Positions 1-64,000 of a stretch of DNA of 64,000 nt are shown piece by piece. Origin of the DNA: Octopus sinensis (lineage: Eukaryota). Positions within the stretch are counted from its first letter, which is position 1; the number at the start of each line of letters is the position of its first letter. Position numbers and translations under genes: made by a program. Under the pieces are notes generated by a model. That model worked only from the letters and a program-made list of their open reading frames with translations, did no database searches and was not told the origin of the DNA. The DNA is taken from NCBI RefSeq assembly GCF_006345805.1, contig NC_043018.1, positions 21,142,001 through 21,206,000 of the forward strand, written 5' to 3'.

Positions 1-20
1 ATTTTTATCTTCTTTTTCAG

Positions 21-63829
<63,809 letters not shown>

Positions 63830-64000
63830 GTTTGTTTGATGTTTCACCTAAAATCATAACTATTTTCAAAGATGTTCTTAACCCTTTTATTATATTTCTG
63901 TTGAAACACACTGCTTTTTTTTTCTTCCTATTAATTTTTAAAATAATGAAGAATTTAGTAAAAGAACTTCATAGCTATTGGTTTCAAACTTTGGCATAAG

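Overview
AT-rich metazoan genomic DNA. From the repeat landscape it is very likely an octopus (inference; no database search was possible). The whole window lies inside one + strand gene, the giant N-degron E3 ligase UBR4 (p600/poe). I traced 52 consecutive GT-AG coding exons (21..63829, 6,569 nt, about 2,190 aa) with consistent phases and no stop codons; the gene continues beyond both edges. The supplied ORF track misses most exons and is dominated by spurious ORFs from repeats. Introns are packed with mobile DNA: at least four tRNA-derived SINE types, an abundant RTE-tailed family, RTE/CR1/HERO-like/Penelope-like LINE relics, non-autonomous Helitrons, TTAA (piggyBac-type) MITEs and a mariner derivative. 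There is also a tRNA-Lys pseudogene, a 5S pseudogene and a 28S rRNA fragment. Most notable: (1) a young 362-bp tandem array with a 191-bp fold-back (11662..12707), each full unit carrying an antisense minimal type I hammerhead ribozyme with a compensatory U3-A8 core (Penelope pLTR/retrozyme-like); (2) a TTAA MITE (20960..21307) holding a perfect 62-bp copy of UBR4 exon 22 plus its splice donor; (3) a tRNA-Lys/RTE-tail chimera resembling a newborn SINE (6566..7008). Exon numbers are window-relative. All analysis was by eye, and family names rest on recalled motifs.
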